This document shows positions 1-14,200 of a stretch of 64,000 bases of DNA, one piece after another. Position 1 is the first letter of the stretch. Each line of letters begins with the position of its first letter. Below the pieces are notes generated by a model, which ran no database searches, had not been told where the DNA came from, and was given only the letters and a program-made list of their open reading frames with translations. This stretch comes from Octopus sinensis (Eukaryota): NCBI RefSeq assembly GCF_006345805.1, contig NC_043006.1, positions 25,792,001 to 25,856,000 on the forward strand, read 5' to 3'. The translations under genes and the position numbers were made by a program.

Positions 1-160
1 TCGCGATACCAGAGGGCTCACACTTTCCTACCTTGATATAATCTCCAGGGATACAGGCATCCAGGTATAGGATCTCCGTAATGCCATGAGGGATCGTGAA
101 GTCTGGCGTAGCATGGTAAATTCCATTGTTTCGACCACAGTCGAACAATGATGATGATGA
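1..160 (+). mobile_element. 3' end of a short-tailed RTE-like LINE, (GAT)n tail
   Basis: Homologous to 27740-28180 and 24376-24730; ends gtcgaacaatgatgatgatg. Confidence 0.75.
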
Positions 161-164
161 GTGT

Positions 165-685
165 GGGAAAATTCTTAGACCTAAAGAGAATATGAGATCT
201 TTCAGCAACGTATAAGTTGCATTTTTTAGATCCATTTACATATAACATAAATTTCTCCCCAATTCTCCACTTGATTGCATGTAGTGAGCAGTTGGTTTTC
301 AAACCTCATATGTGGTTAGCCAACATAAAGGTTTTTCTTTTGTTTATGAACCAAAAAGAAGACTGGTGGTTTGCATAATGTGTATTGAAATTGCCTTTGC
401 ATAAACTGATGTAAGTTTTCTTTCTAGTTACATAATCTTGAAGTGTTGCTATGACTTCTGCTTCAAAGATGACCAAGTTTATCATACACACCTGATCAAA
501 TGGGTAAGGTTCAAGGTCTCAACAGTTACAACTGGGAGTGGGCTCTTGGTGAGGCCTACAAGTGATAATATTCCACATATTAGAGCAGTAGCTGTGTATC
601 TTAATTGGGCATCTTTTAAAAATCTTCCTTTATCTATGGTTTCTTGGGAAATACTTATCTAAAAGAACCAGAAATTTCTTACTTA
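165..685 (-). mobile_element. Degraded Penelope-like element, GIY-YIG region
   Basis: Broken frames KTYISLCKGNFNTHYANHQSSF and YVNGSKKCNLY align by eye to the GIY-YIG ORF at 49609-50241. Confidence 0.7.
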
Positions 686-2150
686 GACTAGTTTCAACAT
701 GTAGGGTCACACAGACGTGCCATACTGAGTGACAGACATGTAATTGTATCTATAAACAATGCACACACACACAACACACACACACACACACACACTCACA
801 CTCTCTCTCAAACGCACACCGAAAATTCTCTAAACTTCTTATTCTCAACCCCATGTATCTCAGTATTACATACACTTAATCACCAAATTTGAAAATTTTT
901 CCATTCATTCCGATCCAGCAAATTAACTGATTCTGATGATATCTGCTCCATTACTCTAAAACTGGATTCCAGATCTCACCAGAAACACCAATCATTCTCT
1001 GAAGACAAGTAACAGTGTGTCCCATTGTCATGAAGGGCAAGTTTTCTGGCTTAGTCAGTGTACCATCCTCACTCAAAGGTGACTGACACATTATAAACAA
1101 ATAGCTCTTTCATTAACATGTGTAAGGTTTCTTTGGAGCCTGATCTACAGAAGATTTGCTCTTGTACACCCTCTATTAGACATCCATGAGTCAAATCAAG
1201 ACAACTCTAAGCAGTTACTTAATCTGCTAGAACTAGCAGTCAAATACCTTTCAAGTTTAAGACTGTCTTAAGAAAGGGCACACTGAACAATGCAGACCTT
1301 GATATACAGAAAGATGGAGTGGTCATGGTTGGAATATATAGAGCTGCTCACTCGGAGATGATTAGTGGTTAAAAAAAAGACAAAATGTGGTTACATTTTA
1401 TTTTTTCCAGGTCACATTCTAACAGCTCTGATGGAACCCATGGCTTAATTAAGTCTTATACACTCTTTTTCTTATATTCAACTAAGCACAAACACACTTC
1501 TATGCCAACCATACCTCACTTCATTCTTCTACCTTCTTACCTTCTAGACATCAATCACATGCAACATTACAATGACTGGCAGAGTAGTAAACTCAATAAC
1601 TACTACAAAGGCAACAAAAGATGCATTTTAGAAATGACTTCTGATACAGTTCAATGCTGAAAAGTTAAGATGCAAATATATGGCACATGAAAATATTTCA
1701 AACTATGTGTGAAGGTATTGTATACAAAGTTACTTTTGATAGTGAATACAGTTGGGTATTTAGCAAACAGGTTCAAGTTCCCTGCAGTTCTCTTTCCAGT
1801 TTTCTTGAGAATTTTTAAATGGTGATATTATCAAAGTAAACTTTGTAGAATCTAAAGATTATAGTTTTCCTCTAATTGTTAGTTACATGGTTTTTTTCTC
1901 AGGCTCCTTTTTACAGGATACAAATTGTTAAGTCTGAGATCAGTAAGACAACACCCTATTACATGAGAAATACAAACAGTGAGTGATATAAAGAGCAATA
2001 ATGTGATGTAGGTGTTATATGATAAATGGTTAAAATAACAAATATGGCTGTAAAATAAGATATCAACAGCAGTGATGATATTAATATTATAGACATGTCT
2101 ACTGAGTGTGATATCCATAGTATTAAAAATAGACATAGTATATTATTTAC

Positions 2151-2237
2151 CGTTGCTCGTATATCCTCTTGAGCCATAATGTTGTTTGTTTGGTCATCAG
2201 AAAACTGGACAACTGTAGCAATAACTTTGGCAAGCGT
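2151..2237 (-). CDS. GOLGA4: GOLGA4-like GRIP exon (TLAKVIATVVQFSDDQ...IRAT), 87 nt
   Basis: Acceptor ctttgcttcag|ACG, donor ACG|gtaaat, phase 0-0. Confidence 0.9.
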
Positions 2238-5200
2238 CTGAAGCAAAGATATGAATTTGAGAAATAACACTGTTAAAATAGTAATAAGATAGTAATATAA
2301 GTCATCTTCAAATTTGTCTTCTACTTTGCATTGTTTAATAACAATGCAAAGTTGAAGACAAACTTTTTTTCACTAAAAGTTTTGGATCTTTTCCTTTTGA
2401 ACGGCAGTTTTCAACACAATTTCTAGTTAACTATCTTCTTTATCTTTTATCTTTTACTTGTTTCAGTCATTTGACTGCGGCCATGCTGGAGCACCGCCTT
2501 TAATCGAGCAACTCGACCCCGGGACTTATTCTTTGTAAGCCCAGTACTTATTCTATCGGTCTCTTTTTTGCCGAACCGCTAAGTGACGGGGACGTAAACA
2601 CACCAGCATCGGTTGTCAAGCGATGCTAGGGGGACAAACACAAACACACACATATATATATATATACGACATGCTTCTTTCAGTTTCCGTCTACCAAATC
2701 CACTCACAAGGCATTGGTCAGCCCGGGGCTATAGCAGAAGACAGTTGCCCAAGATGCCACGCAGTGGGACTGAACCCGGAACCATGTGGTTGGTTAGCAA
2801 GCTACTTACCACACAGCCACTCCTGCGCCTAACTAAACACTTTTAAACTTCGTATACTGGTAGAATGTGTCAAAATAAAACATTTTTTTCTCTTGGCTTT
2901 CTTGAGAAAATTGTAATTTGTAAGTTTAACGTAGTTTAATTTTTTGAATTTTAACCAATCGATGGCCTCTATTGAGCTAAAATCATTTGCTGCATCTAAA
3001 ACTGAGACAACATCCTGTCACTGACCCTAACCCTAACACTAACCCTAAATTTTAGCCATTTGTTTTTTTCTTCTTAATTGTTAAATTAATTTAATTGTTA
3101 CGCGTGTGTCTAAAATTATTCATTTTGTTTTTGTTTTGAGATACACGTGTATTGTTTAAACTATTTTCCATTGCTCAAGAAAAAAAAAACGAAAGGTTAA
3201 AACGAAAGCAATGGAAAATAATTTAAACAGTTAACAAACAAAATAATTCTATAATTTTATACACACACTTTCTGTACGTAAACATAACAGTGACAGGATG
3301 TTGTCTCAGTTTTAGACGCAGCAAATGATTTTAGCTCAATAGAGGCCATCGATTGGTTAAAATTCGAAAAATTAAACGACATTAAACTTACAAATTACAA
3401 TTTTCTCAAGAAAGCCAAGAGAAAAAATGTTTTATTTTGACACATTCTACCAGTATACAAAGATGGTTATTTAGAAAGTTTTTCTTTCTGAGCCCTTCAA
3501 ATACCAAGAGGTATACCTGATGAGTTTATAATCTCCCCATTCAGAGAGGAATCATTGAAAATTACACTGACAAGATATCTGAAGTGAGAAGTTGTTGTTA
3601 ACTGTTACCGTAAGACTGCAAATGGTGAGGACAGAGGTTGTTGTAGTGTACCATTGGCAGATGACCTCAGTTTTTTGGACTTTAACTATCAGGCCTTTTC
3701 TTCAATAAGTTGTAATCTATAACAACTACTAAGATGGTGGCCTGTAGAGCTTCTGGAGTTTGAGCTATCAGAGCATTGTCACCAGTGTACTGTAGTTCAA
3801 TGAACCATTAATATCTGCTGAACTTAGTGATTGCTTGTGGCCTTTGGATACATATATATATATATATATATATATACAATAGATGACTTTTAAAAATTTA
3901 GACAATATTTACTTTCTAATGGAAATCAAAACATTTATTCAAATACCCTAATCATTACACTGCAGGTATTTTCTTTTCTCAACCAATGCATGCCAAATTT
4001 TAATTTGCAGTACCAAATGTTTACTTCAGCATAGTGATGTTACTTTTTTTTTTTTCAGTTTCAGCTCAGAGCTGCGGCCATGCTGATGCACCACCGTTTA
4101 AAATTACCCTTGGCAGGATTTGAGCCCTTGGCGCCGGATCGATATTGCGAAGCAATTTACCCAACGATCTAACCACCTGGCAAATTCACCCTTTCTTATT
4201 AATCTTTCTTAGTAACTTGGCTGAAAAAAAGAGTTAGGTAAACTATCACTATATAATAAATATTAATCTATATAATTCTGTAGTTATATAATAGAGACAC
4301 ACACTATTTTAATTCTAGAGAAATCTGGAAAAAGAATGTTCAGAAGAACTAAAGTGTAGACAATACAGAAGTATAACTTTACACAGTAATTTTTAAAAGC
4401 TACTTAGATAAAAAAAAGTCCATGAATAGCTGAATAGCTAATCTATGACACATTCCATGAAAGCTAGACACAAAAGTATGACAGTGATATTAGAAGTTTC
4501 CAGGATATTCAATGTTCAGATGATCCAAGAAGTAGAAGGGGCAAAACAAGAAAAGCTGGTAGAAATTAAATGTGGTATAAAACAAGATTCAATAGAGAAA
4601 TTACACTGAAAAAAAATCAAAACAACAACCTGTAGGAATTTTGAATATCATATGCATCAAACACTCACAATCAGAAGACTAGGTTTTATTTTAGAAAATA
4701 ATTAAGTAAAATTCATTAGGAGTATTGATTATAGTAAAGAAAACATTCATAAACATGCAAAGAAAGAAACTGAGAATTAGCTTTTGGCTATATACGAGGG
4801 GCGTTCAATAAGTAATGCCCCTGACCCACTTCCCATAGCAGTAGAGCAACGAAACTTGGCACAGTTATTAGTCTTTTTCTACATAGGAACCACCCAGAGT
4901 TACGCATTTCTCTCATCGTTTGATGCAGCTCTGAAGACCGTTTTTGTAGAAGACCCCAGCTTGGTCCTCCAGCCACGACGTGACTTCAGAAATCAAGGCT
5001 GCATCATCTGGGAAACGCTTTCCTTTCAAAAACAACTTCATGGCTGGGAAGAGGTGAAAATCAGAGGGTGCAGGTCAGGAGAGGAGGGGAGGTGGGGATG
5101 AGTTCATAGCCGCACGCCTGTGCTTCTGATCTGGCGACACGCAAGTTGTGGATCGGAGCGTTGTCCTGTAGGAGGAGGATGCCTTTGCTGATCTTGCCCC

Positions 5201-8200
5201 GCCTCTTGATTTTGATAGCTTCTCTTAATTTCCTCAAAAGTGAAGCATAATAGACTCCTGTAATTGTGGCACCCTTTGCCAGGAAATCTGTCATCACTTC
5301 TCCGTCCTGGTCCCAGAAGACTGTGAGCATGACCTTGCCAGCGGAGGACTGCACCCTTGCCTTCTTTGGAGGAGGTGAGTCACGGTGCTTCCACTGCATT
5401 GACTGGGCTTTGGTCTCTGGATCATAGTGAAGGACCCAGGTTTCATCCTGTGTAATCAGTCTTTTGAAAAATTTTGATTCATCTTCTTGGCACATCTTCA
5501 AATTCATCCTCGCGCAATCGACGCGTTCTTGCTTCTGGAAAGGTGTGAGCAACCTGGGAATCCATCTGGCAGACACCTTTTGCATATGCAAATGGTCATG
5601 AATGATAGTTTCCACAGACCCGGTACTAATCTTGACCTCATGGGCTATTTGGCGAATAGTTATGCGTCGATCTTCCAAAATGGCAGCCTCAACTTGACGG
5701 ACAGATGCCTCATCAATGGCAGAAGAGGGTGACCAGATCTGGGAGCTGTTTCCACAGAGTTCCGACCATGTTTGAATTCACGATGCCAGCGTTTTACAAG
5801 GTCATATGATGGGGCATCATCACCATAAGTTACTTTTATTTCATCAAAAGTCTCCCGTGGTGTGCGTCCTTTCAAATACAAAAACCGCATCACTGCTCGA
5901 CACTCAACAGGCTCCGTTTCACACTTGACTCAGTTCAAACACCTGTAAATTAGAAACCACAATTAGTTCAGAGCTGTAATTTGCCACTTAATCTATAGAG
6001 ATATCAGTAATTGCACATGCAAAATTTCAGCTAGATCAATCAACTGCAAGTGGGTCAGGGCCATTACTTATTGAATGCCCCTCGTAGTAGGAAGTGGTGC
6101 ATAGTAAACATTTTACTTATAGTGATTGATTGCTTAGATAGAACAATATCTCAAGTGGGAAGGTAAGAAAACAAGGTTTAAAGGTCTATAAAGTACTCAT
6201 AGCCTGAAAATTTTGGCCTATTATACAATCAGTGTTATAGAAGAAAAAAAAACATTCTTAATAATATCCAAGCTTCATGTGGTCAATCCCATTGCACACA
6301 CACAAACACACACAACCAAATATAAAATTAATTATTCACCTTGGTCTCTTTCCCTATCATATATTGGTACAGGATATTTTTTAAATACTGAAATAAAAAA
6401 CAAAAACAAAGTTAAATTTTATCATTTCATAAAATTATGTAAATATATTATCTTTAAGAACATATGTAAATGGAAGCAAGAAACACACTCACAGATCATT
6501 ATGTTTTATGCATGTTCAGTTTAAAAAATAAAAAAATTGATTGAATTGGAAGGAGCTAGCTAAGCAGAAGATCAAATATAATCACCAGAATTTGAAGAGA
6601 CTAATGGTGGTAACAAACAAAATTCAAGTTATATTAGTGCTCCATAAATAGATTCTTTCTGCCAGATCTAGGACATGTTTTAAATAAATATGTGAAAATA
6701 TACATAGCTTTTCAACAACACTGGTAAAGAATTCTAAAATATCTGAAAAGCTCATTGCAGCTATCATTTGATGAAAGAGCTGTCAATTCTGTTAAAGGCT
6801 TGACAGCTCTTTTTCCAAATGATGACTGCAATGAGCTTTTCAGATATTTTAGAATTCTTTACATTAGTTCGAGAAAATATTATATGTAACTCATACATTA
6901 TATAATGTTACTTTATCTTTTATTTAGAGATTAATAAACTATTAACTGTTAAAGAAATAAATATATTTTGACAAATTCATCTTAATCTCATTTCAGATAT
7001 TTTTAAAATTCTTAGTTTTCAGCTTTTTTATATTGCATAGGAGATTAAAATTTGAAGTTATGGACAGGAAGTATTTATCCAAAATGGAAATTGAAGATAC
7101 TGACTAGGTTTAATCCAAAGAAAAGTGTAGAAATTCAAACTTCAATTTGCTTTTCACATTTTTAGTATGAATGAGAAAAAAAAAACTCTTACTAAATAAG
7201 TGTTAGTCAATGAAAAAAATCAATCTTTCAGATTTCTTTTGTTATACTTATTAGTGGGACTTGTAAATATTTCACGGAATTAATGGTAAACCTATTGGGT
7301 TATTTCTGAATACTTTATCCAAAAAACCTCAAAGCATAGCCTGTGGTGTGTCTGCATGGAAAGATAGTTGCTCATCTGCTACTCATTAAAAAGTGAAAGA
7401 ATTTGGAATACGATGATCACTTAATGCACTTTATATATATATATACACTTTATATACTCTATGCACAATTTTAGAGACTTAATGCCCAGCACTCATAAAA
7501 TAAATATTCACTCTTATTTTTCTATTTTCCCAATAAATAAAAAAATATCCTATACACATGATACATCTTTTAATTAAATTACATATATCTGTCATGCAAA
7601 TAAGCGTGAATATTTCACAGAATTGCACTTACGCACATACATTAAGAGATAGGTGATATAAAAAACTTAGTTCAATTAAAAAAAGAAAATACACATTTAA
7701 CTATTCACACAATACCACCACTGCCACCATCACCACCATCATCATCATCAACATCACTCTCTCTCTCTGCCTTTCTTAGTTCAATTAAAAAAAATACACT
7801 TTTCCCTATCTACACACCACTGTCACTTCCACTACCATCATCACCATCTCTCTCCTCTCCCTCTCCTTTCTCTTTCTGCCTTAAACTTCACCATCAGAAC
7901 ATCACCCCTCTGCTAAAATTATTATGTACCAACTCCTACCTCATGTCATGGACACTTCTCTCTCTCTTTTTCTCTCTATCTTTTACTTTCTCTCTCTTTT
8001 TGTTTCTCCCTCTTTCTGTCTCACTCTTCACCTTATCCTCTTTTTCTCTCTCCTTTTTCTTTCTCTTCTCTTACCTTTCAATTAATCATGTGAAAGTGAT
8101 ACAATTACATTCCCTCTACCTTATGTCATACACACTTCTCTCTCCCTCTTTTTTGTCTAATGAAAGCATTACCAACAGGCTAAGTAACAACAACAAGCAG

Positions 8201-11200
8201 AATTATTATAAGATTCCTCCTAAACTTGACTTCAAAAGGATTTTAAATGTGGATCAAGAGGCACAGTTTAAATGTTCTTATGAGTAATGTGTATTAATTA
8301 ATGATTTCCTAATTGAGTAGAACACTTAATCCCTTAAATTTCTGGAGTACTTCCTTTACATGATCTCTGAAACCTATTAAAAACGAGAGATTTTGACAAA
8401 ATGCAGTTAGGCCAGTATAAAAATCATAAAAATATAACTATTACATAAATTTTGATGAAATTTACTGATACACTATTAACAATCTTTGGTGTACATTCTG
8501 AATGTGACTTTTTACTTGTTTTTGTTGATTTTTACTTGCTATGTCCTTTCACCTGCCAATGTAAGTTGGATACAGTTGATTACATTTATGCATTTCACTA
8601 ATTTACATAATATCAATTCTTGGGTATCAATTTCCTAATTAAATCATAAATAGATAATAAAAAATAAATCATTAATAAATAATATCAACAAATTCTAAAT
8701 CACTGCTTGAGTTATTAACTGCTATTATGCTCAAAAATCAAAAGAAAAAAAAAATCTAGACAAATTTACTTGATAAAACACTAAAAATAAACACACATTT
8801 CTAAAATGACTCAACTTAGTTTAGGTTTTTGACCCTCAAATAACAACACTGCTTGAACTGTGGTTTCATGCAGTTTAAGATTTGGCAACAGATATAGACA
8901 AAGTTAAAGTAAAGTTAAGTGTTCTGCTCAGGCTAGCACAATCCAGCAACAGAATGTGATTGATAACTCAATAGTCTGTTCAGTTTTTGTGCTCTTAAAA
9001 TGGTTCCTTATATAGATCCTAACAGTGGCGTATGGTGACTGTAGTCATTGAGTGTGCTGTCACACTGACCATACTATGACTAACATTAGTATTACTCAAA
9101 TTAGGCATACAAACTGTATATTTCTATTCAAAAAAGCAGGATCCAAAATGTAAATAATGTACATTTAATTCAAATGGGATAGAGATAAATGGCACTAAAG
9201 TAAACTGAATTAATAATACCCTATAAATTGTAAGCAGTCTAAAATAAGCCATAATTTTCTTATGTGCGCACACTGAAAAATAAGAAACCATACGAGGGGC
9301 GTTCAATAAGTAATGCCTCTGACCCACTTGCCGTTGATTGATCTAGCTGAGATTTTGCATGTGTAATTATTTATATCTCTACAGATTAAGTGGCAAATTA
9401 CAGCTCCAAACTAATAGTGGTTTCTGATTTACATGTGTTTGAAATGAGTCAAGTGGGAAATGGAGCCTGTTGAGTGTCGAGAAGTGATCCGGTTTTTGTA
9501 TTTGAAATGACGCACACCACAGGAGACTTTTGATGAAATGAAAATAACTTATGGTGATGATGCCCCATCATATGACCTTGTAAAACGCTGGCATCGTGAA
9601 TTCAAACATGGTCGGAACTCTGTGGAAACAGCTCCCAGATCTGGTCGCACCCCTTCTGCCATTGATGAGGCATCTGTCCGTCAAGTTGAGGCTGCCATTT
9701 TGGAAGATCGACGCATAACTATTCGCCAAATAGCCCATGAGGTCAAGATTAGTACCGGGTCTGTGGAAACTATCATTCATGACTATTTGCATATGCAAAA
9801 GGTGTCTGCCAGAGGGATTCCCAGGTTACTCACACTTTTCCTGAAGCAAGAACGCGTCGAGTGCTCGAGGATGAATTTAGGGATGTGCCAAGAAGATGAG
9901 TCAAAATTTTTCAAAAGACTGATTACACAGGATGAGACCTGGGTCCTTCACCATGATCCAGAGACCAAAGCCCAGTCAATGCAGTGGAAGCACCATGACT
10001 CACCTCCTCCAAAGAAGGCAAGGGTGCAGCTCTCCACTGGCAAGGTCATGCTCACAGTCTTCTGGGACCAGGACGGAGAAGTGATGACAGATTTCCTGGC
10101 AAAGGGTACCACAATTACAGGAGCCTATCATGCTTCACTTCTGAGGAAATTAAGAGAAGCTATCAAAACCAAGAGGCGGGGCAAGATCAGCAAAGGCATC
10201 CTCCTCCTGCAGGACAACGCTCCGGTCCACAACTCGCGTGTCGCCAGATCAGAAGCACAGACGTACGGCTATGAACACTTCCTCCATCCCAGTACTCTCC
10301 TGACCTTGCACCCTCTGATTTTCACCTCTTCCCAGCCATGAAGTTGTTTTTGAAAGGAAAGCGTTTCCCAGATGATGCAGCCTTGATTTCTGAAGTCACG
10401 TCGTGGTTGGAGGACCAAGCTGGGGTCTTCTATGAAAACGGTCTCCAGAGCTGTATCAAACAATGGGAGAAATGTGTAACTCTGGGTTGTTCCTATGCTG
10501 AAAAAGACTAATACCTGTGCCAAGTTTTGTTGCTCTACTGCTATGGGAAGTGGGTCAGGGGCATTACTTATTGAACGCCCCTCGTATAATTTTACTTACT
10601 TAAATTAGTTATATATGTAAGTTCTATCCTTCTTTGAAACATAAAATGTTTGATAACCTCATAGTACAATGAACCACAAATTAAGATCAGTTATATGATG
10701 ATATTGCAAGTAAAAAATTATTGTATAAAATATTAATTTTACCTTAGAAATTGTAGGTTAATTTAAATGTACAACTTCTTGCCACAAAAATGAACATGCA
10801 ACCATGCTTGTCGCACACTCTTTGCCATTAATTTTTTGCCATTCTCCCATTATCCTATGATACACCTGGTACCATATCATGATACAATGCGCTGTGAGGT
10901 GTGCAGTGTTATTTCAGGATGCCTGCCACCAAATTTCAGGCAGGGGTATAACAAAAGTTTTCCATTATGATTTGTGATTAAATTAATGAGTAAATATAAA
11001 GAATTTGCCACTTTTGATGGGTGTACAGCGCACACCTAGAATATATGCTCCTGGATCCTAAGTCTCATAACAGATCAGTTAGATGCAGAAAACCTAAAAG
11101 AATATGCTGTAAGCTGCAGTTGGTATTCAGATAAAGTAAATGAACAACTAAATTTTTATACAGTCCTCTGATTCACTGGATCCTGTTGACTGTCCCAACT

Positions 11201-14200
11201 CAGCCCAGCCGAGCATGTAAGATAGATGTTAACCAATGATGATGATTCATACAAAGATGATTGGGATAGCTGAGAAAGTAAAAAAAAAAAAAATCAGTTC
11301 TTTATTTTTTCCTCAACTCAAATCCTACTGAAATTAATTTCCCTGAAGATCAGAAAAAGGTAACAGGCTTTGCAGGTCGAAATAGTGTGCTGCTTGCAAA
11401 TTTTTGCAAAATAACAAATTGCTTACCTCAAACTCAGTAGGTTCCCGCAATAGTGGCTCATTCAGGTTGCAGTTATAATTGTCTCTGTAGTGATATGATG
11501 TTGTATTTAGGACTGAACTACTCTCTGGTTCAACTATGCTGGTATTTTCCAGTTTATCAATCTACAATACAATAGTTAAAAGACAATTTGTACTATAATT
11601 ACTTTCAATTGATGAAAAGGAGCAAAAACAAACATAACCAAATTATTTACCCTTTAATTAGATCGAATATCAGGTCATTAAGAATGAAATGTCTGATTTT
11701 GAACTGAAAGTTTATTTTACTTTATCGCAATGAAAAGCAATGCAGTTAATCAAAGTATGCACCTAATTTATCAACACAGTTTTGCCATTTTATTGGTAGT
11801 TTATTTATGCCAGCAGCAAAGAATTACAAACGGCTGTTTTTGCATCTTCTTCAGATTTGAAGTTTTTTCCTTGCAAAAAGTTGTCTAATGCTTGAAAAAC
11901 ATGGTAGTCAGTTGGTGCAAGGTCTAGTGAATATGGTGGATGACATAGTACTTCCAAGTTTAGTTCCTGTAACTTGAGTAGCATTCTTTGTGCAACGTGT
12001 GGTCGAGCATTGTTTTGCAAGAGAATTGTCCTGTCTCTATTGACCAATCTCTGTTGTTTAATTGCAAGTTCACTCATCATTTCATCCAATTAGTTTGGAC
12101 TACCAAACAGACACCATTAGCCTTTTTTGGTGAATATTCTTTTTTGGATTGTGTTTTGGCACTTCTTCTCTGTCCAACTACCATGCAGAATGCTTGCTAT
12201 TGTTGAAAAGAATCCATTTTTCATCACACATAACAATATGATGCAAAAATGGTTCACTTTTATGCTGTGGCAGCAAAAAACAGCAAGTTGAAGATGACGT
12301 GCCATTGACATACAGTGTGCTAGATGTGGATGGAACTTATGGAAGAGAGAGACTCAGAAAGACACGGGATAAAGTATTGAAGATCAATGTCTAATTGTTG
12401 AGCATCACAGAGGGAAGTTATGCATAAAGCTAGGCACCAAGTTTAAACAGGTATAAAACTGAATGTAGAAAGTTTTGTCAATGTCCTATGCTGGTGTTGA
12501 TATATAGAGTAGCGAGTGAAGAACAACAATTAAAAATTTCTATTATGTCATGGACAAAGTTTGCTAAGATCTTGCCTCCTACACTATGACAAGTGCCTCA
12601 TTATAGTTTACACAAGATTTATTTTCATTCACCTTTTGTAATAAGACTTCAATTTGAGTATGACATTCTGCAAGGTCATCATTTAAATGTTTTACTTGAA
12701 GCTGAAAGTAGAAAGATACTGAAATAATATTGTTAACCTTAATTATGTATGTTTTTCACAGTAAACATGTCAATCAGTGTACCCAGTAAGCTTTTATCAG
12801 TCTTGATAGTTACTGATTAATCATTAATTAATGTATTAAACATATTTTACAAGAGTCACTCACAAGACTTTATGTAATTAGAAATATCAGTTAATGGGTT
12901 ACTGGCTTTGAGAAGACTAATCAACAACTATTATCAATGCTTTTCTCAAGATCATTATTGAAGTAAAATAACAACAGTAAGAAACTAAAACTCAATCTTA
13001 TACATTATTTACCAGGAACTTAGTTTTTTTTCTTTACAAAGTTCTCCTGGTGAATATGGATTAGAAATAAAATTAACATATATCACTTCCAAAGCTTACA
13101 AGTTGAAATCCATTAGAATGAGAAAATTATAATGTAACATAATTATATGATACTTCAAATATTTTCATTAAACCAACAGTAAATATCAAATGTATTTTTA
13201 CATGAGCATACAAGAGAGACTCAGCAAAATTGAAATTGCTGTTGTTAAGTACTCTGCTCAGTTCTGCAAGCATATATCTACAGATGAATTGGAAGGATCA
13301 TTAGAGTAAAGAAAAAATGTCTCATGGTATTAATTGCAACTCTCTACACTTGAAAGGCTTACATCCTATCAAAGTCAGCTTTGTCCTGCATCCTTTCAGA
13401 GCTGATAAAATGTACAAATCCAGAGTAGTGGATTGGTAGAACTGTTCAAGATCAGGTGAAATGCTTTGCAGTACCAGTTCCAGCTCTTTGTGCTTTGAGA
13501 ACAACAACTGCAACAGCACTAGTGCCAAGCTATATTGGTCCAAGTTGGTAGCCATTCTACTGAATAAAACATTGGTAGTGTGGAGAAGGGAGACATGCAT
13601 AGGTAACTGTTAGTCTTCTTCATAATAACTTGCACAGACCTGCACAAATGTGTGCAGATATATAGTTAAAACTGACAGAAATAGAGCCTACATCTACAGC
13701 ATGACAGTAGTCAGTCAAAGAATCTTATGGTCTATATTCTATCACTAATCAATTTTTATGGCACTGTGAGATTTGAAACTTTTCTGGAGATGACACCAAT
13801 TTTGAAGATGACACAGAGTTTGCTGTGGATGGTCTGGCTATAACATTAAGCATTTAAGCAATTATAGAGAAGTTTCATCAAAAGTCTGTGATAATGAAAA
13901 AACAATAGATGTTGTACAAAATCTTGTAATTTTTCAGATTAAAATTAACTGCATTTTTTTCACATCATGCAATGTACACTTGCATGTGGCCTATTAAGCA
14001 AGGGCTAAGTGTATTATTATGAAGACAAGATTTGAAACATGCCATAGCAATTAGTAGGGATTGTATTAAATAGTTACTTTTCTTAACTTCACCAATGACA
14101 TATGGACAAGGAATTTTGCAGTCAGTAATCAACTATCAGCAACTATTCCTGATAGAGTTGCAACTTTCCCTGTCTTCATTACCACACTAAGTATCCAATT

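Noticed and set aside
930-1960. Terminal GOLGA4 exon candidates (acceptors near 1933, 1656 and 998)
   Set aside because: Several acceptors give short termini (T*, H*, RMIGVSGEIWNPVLE*); cannot choose without transcripts
3025-3048. Telomeric repeat or interstitial telomere
   Set aside because: Only three to four imperfect CCCTAA units inside a MITE
7665-8160. Paired ~110-bp direct duplications with CAT/CT tracts
   Set aside because: Low-complexity and diverged, with no sign of function
13322-13600. 92-aa ORF as a GOLGA4 exon or nested gene
   Set aside because: Phases do not fit the flanking phase-0 exons, it is not coiled-coil-like, and the plus-strand splice candidate has stops in all frames
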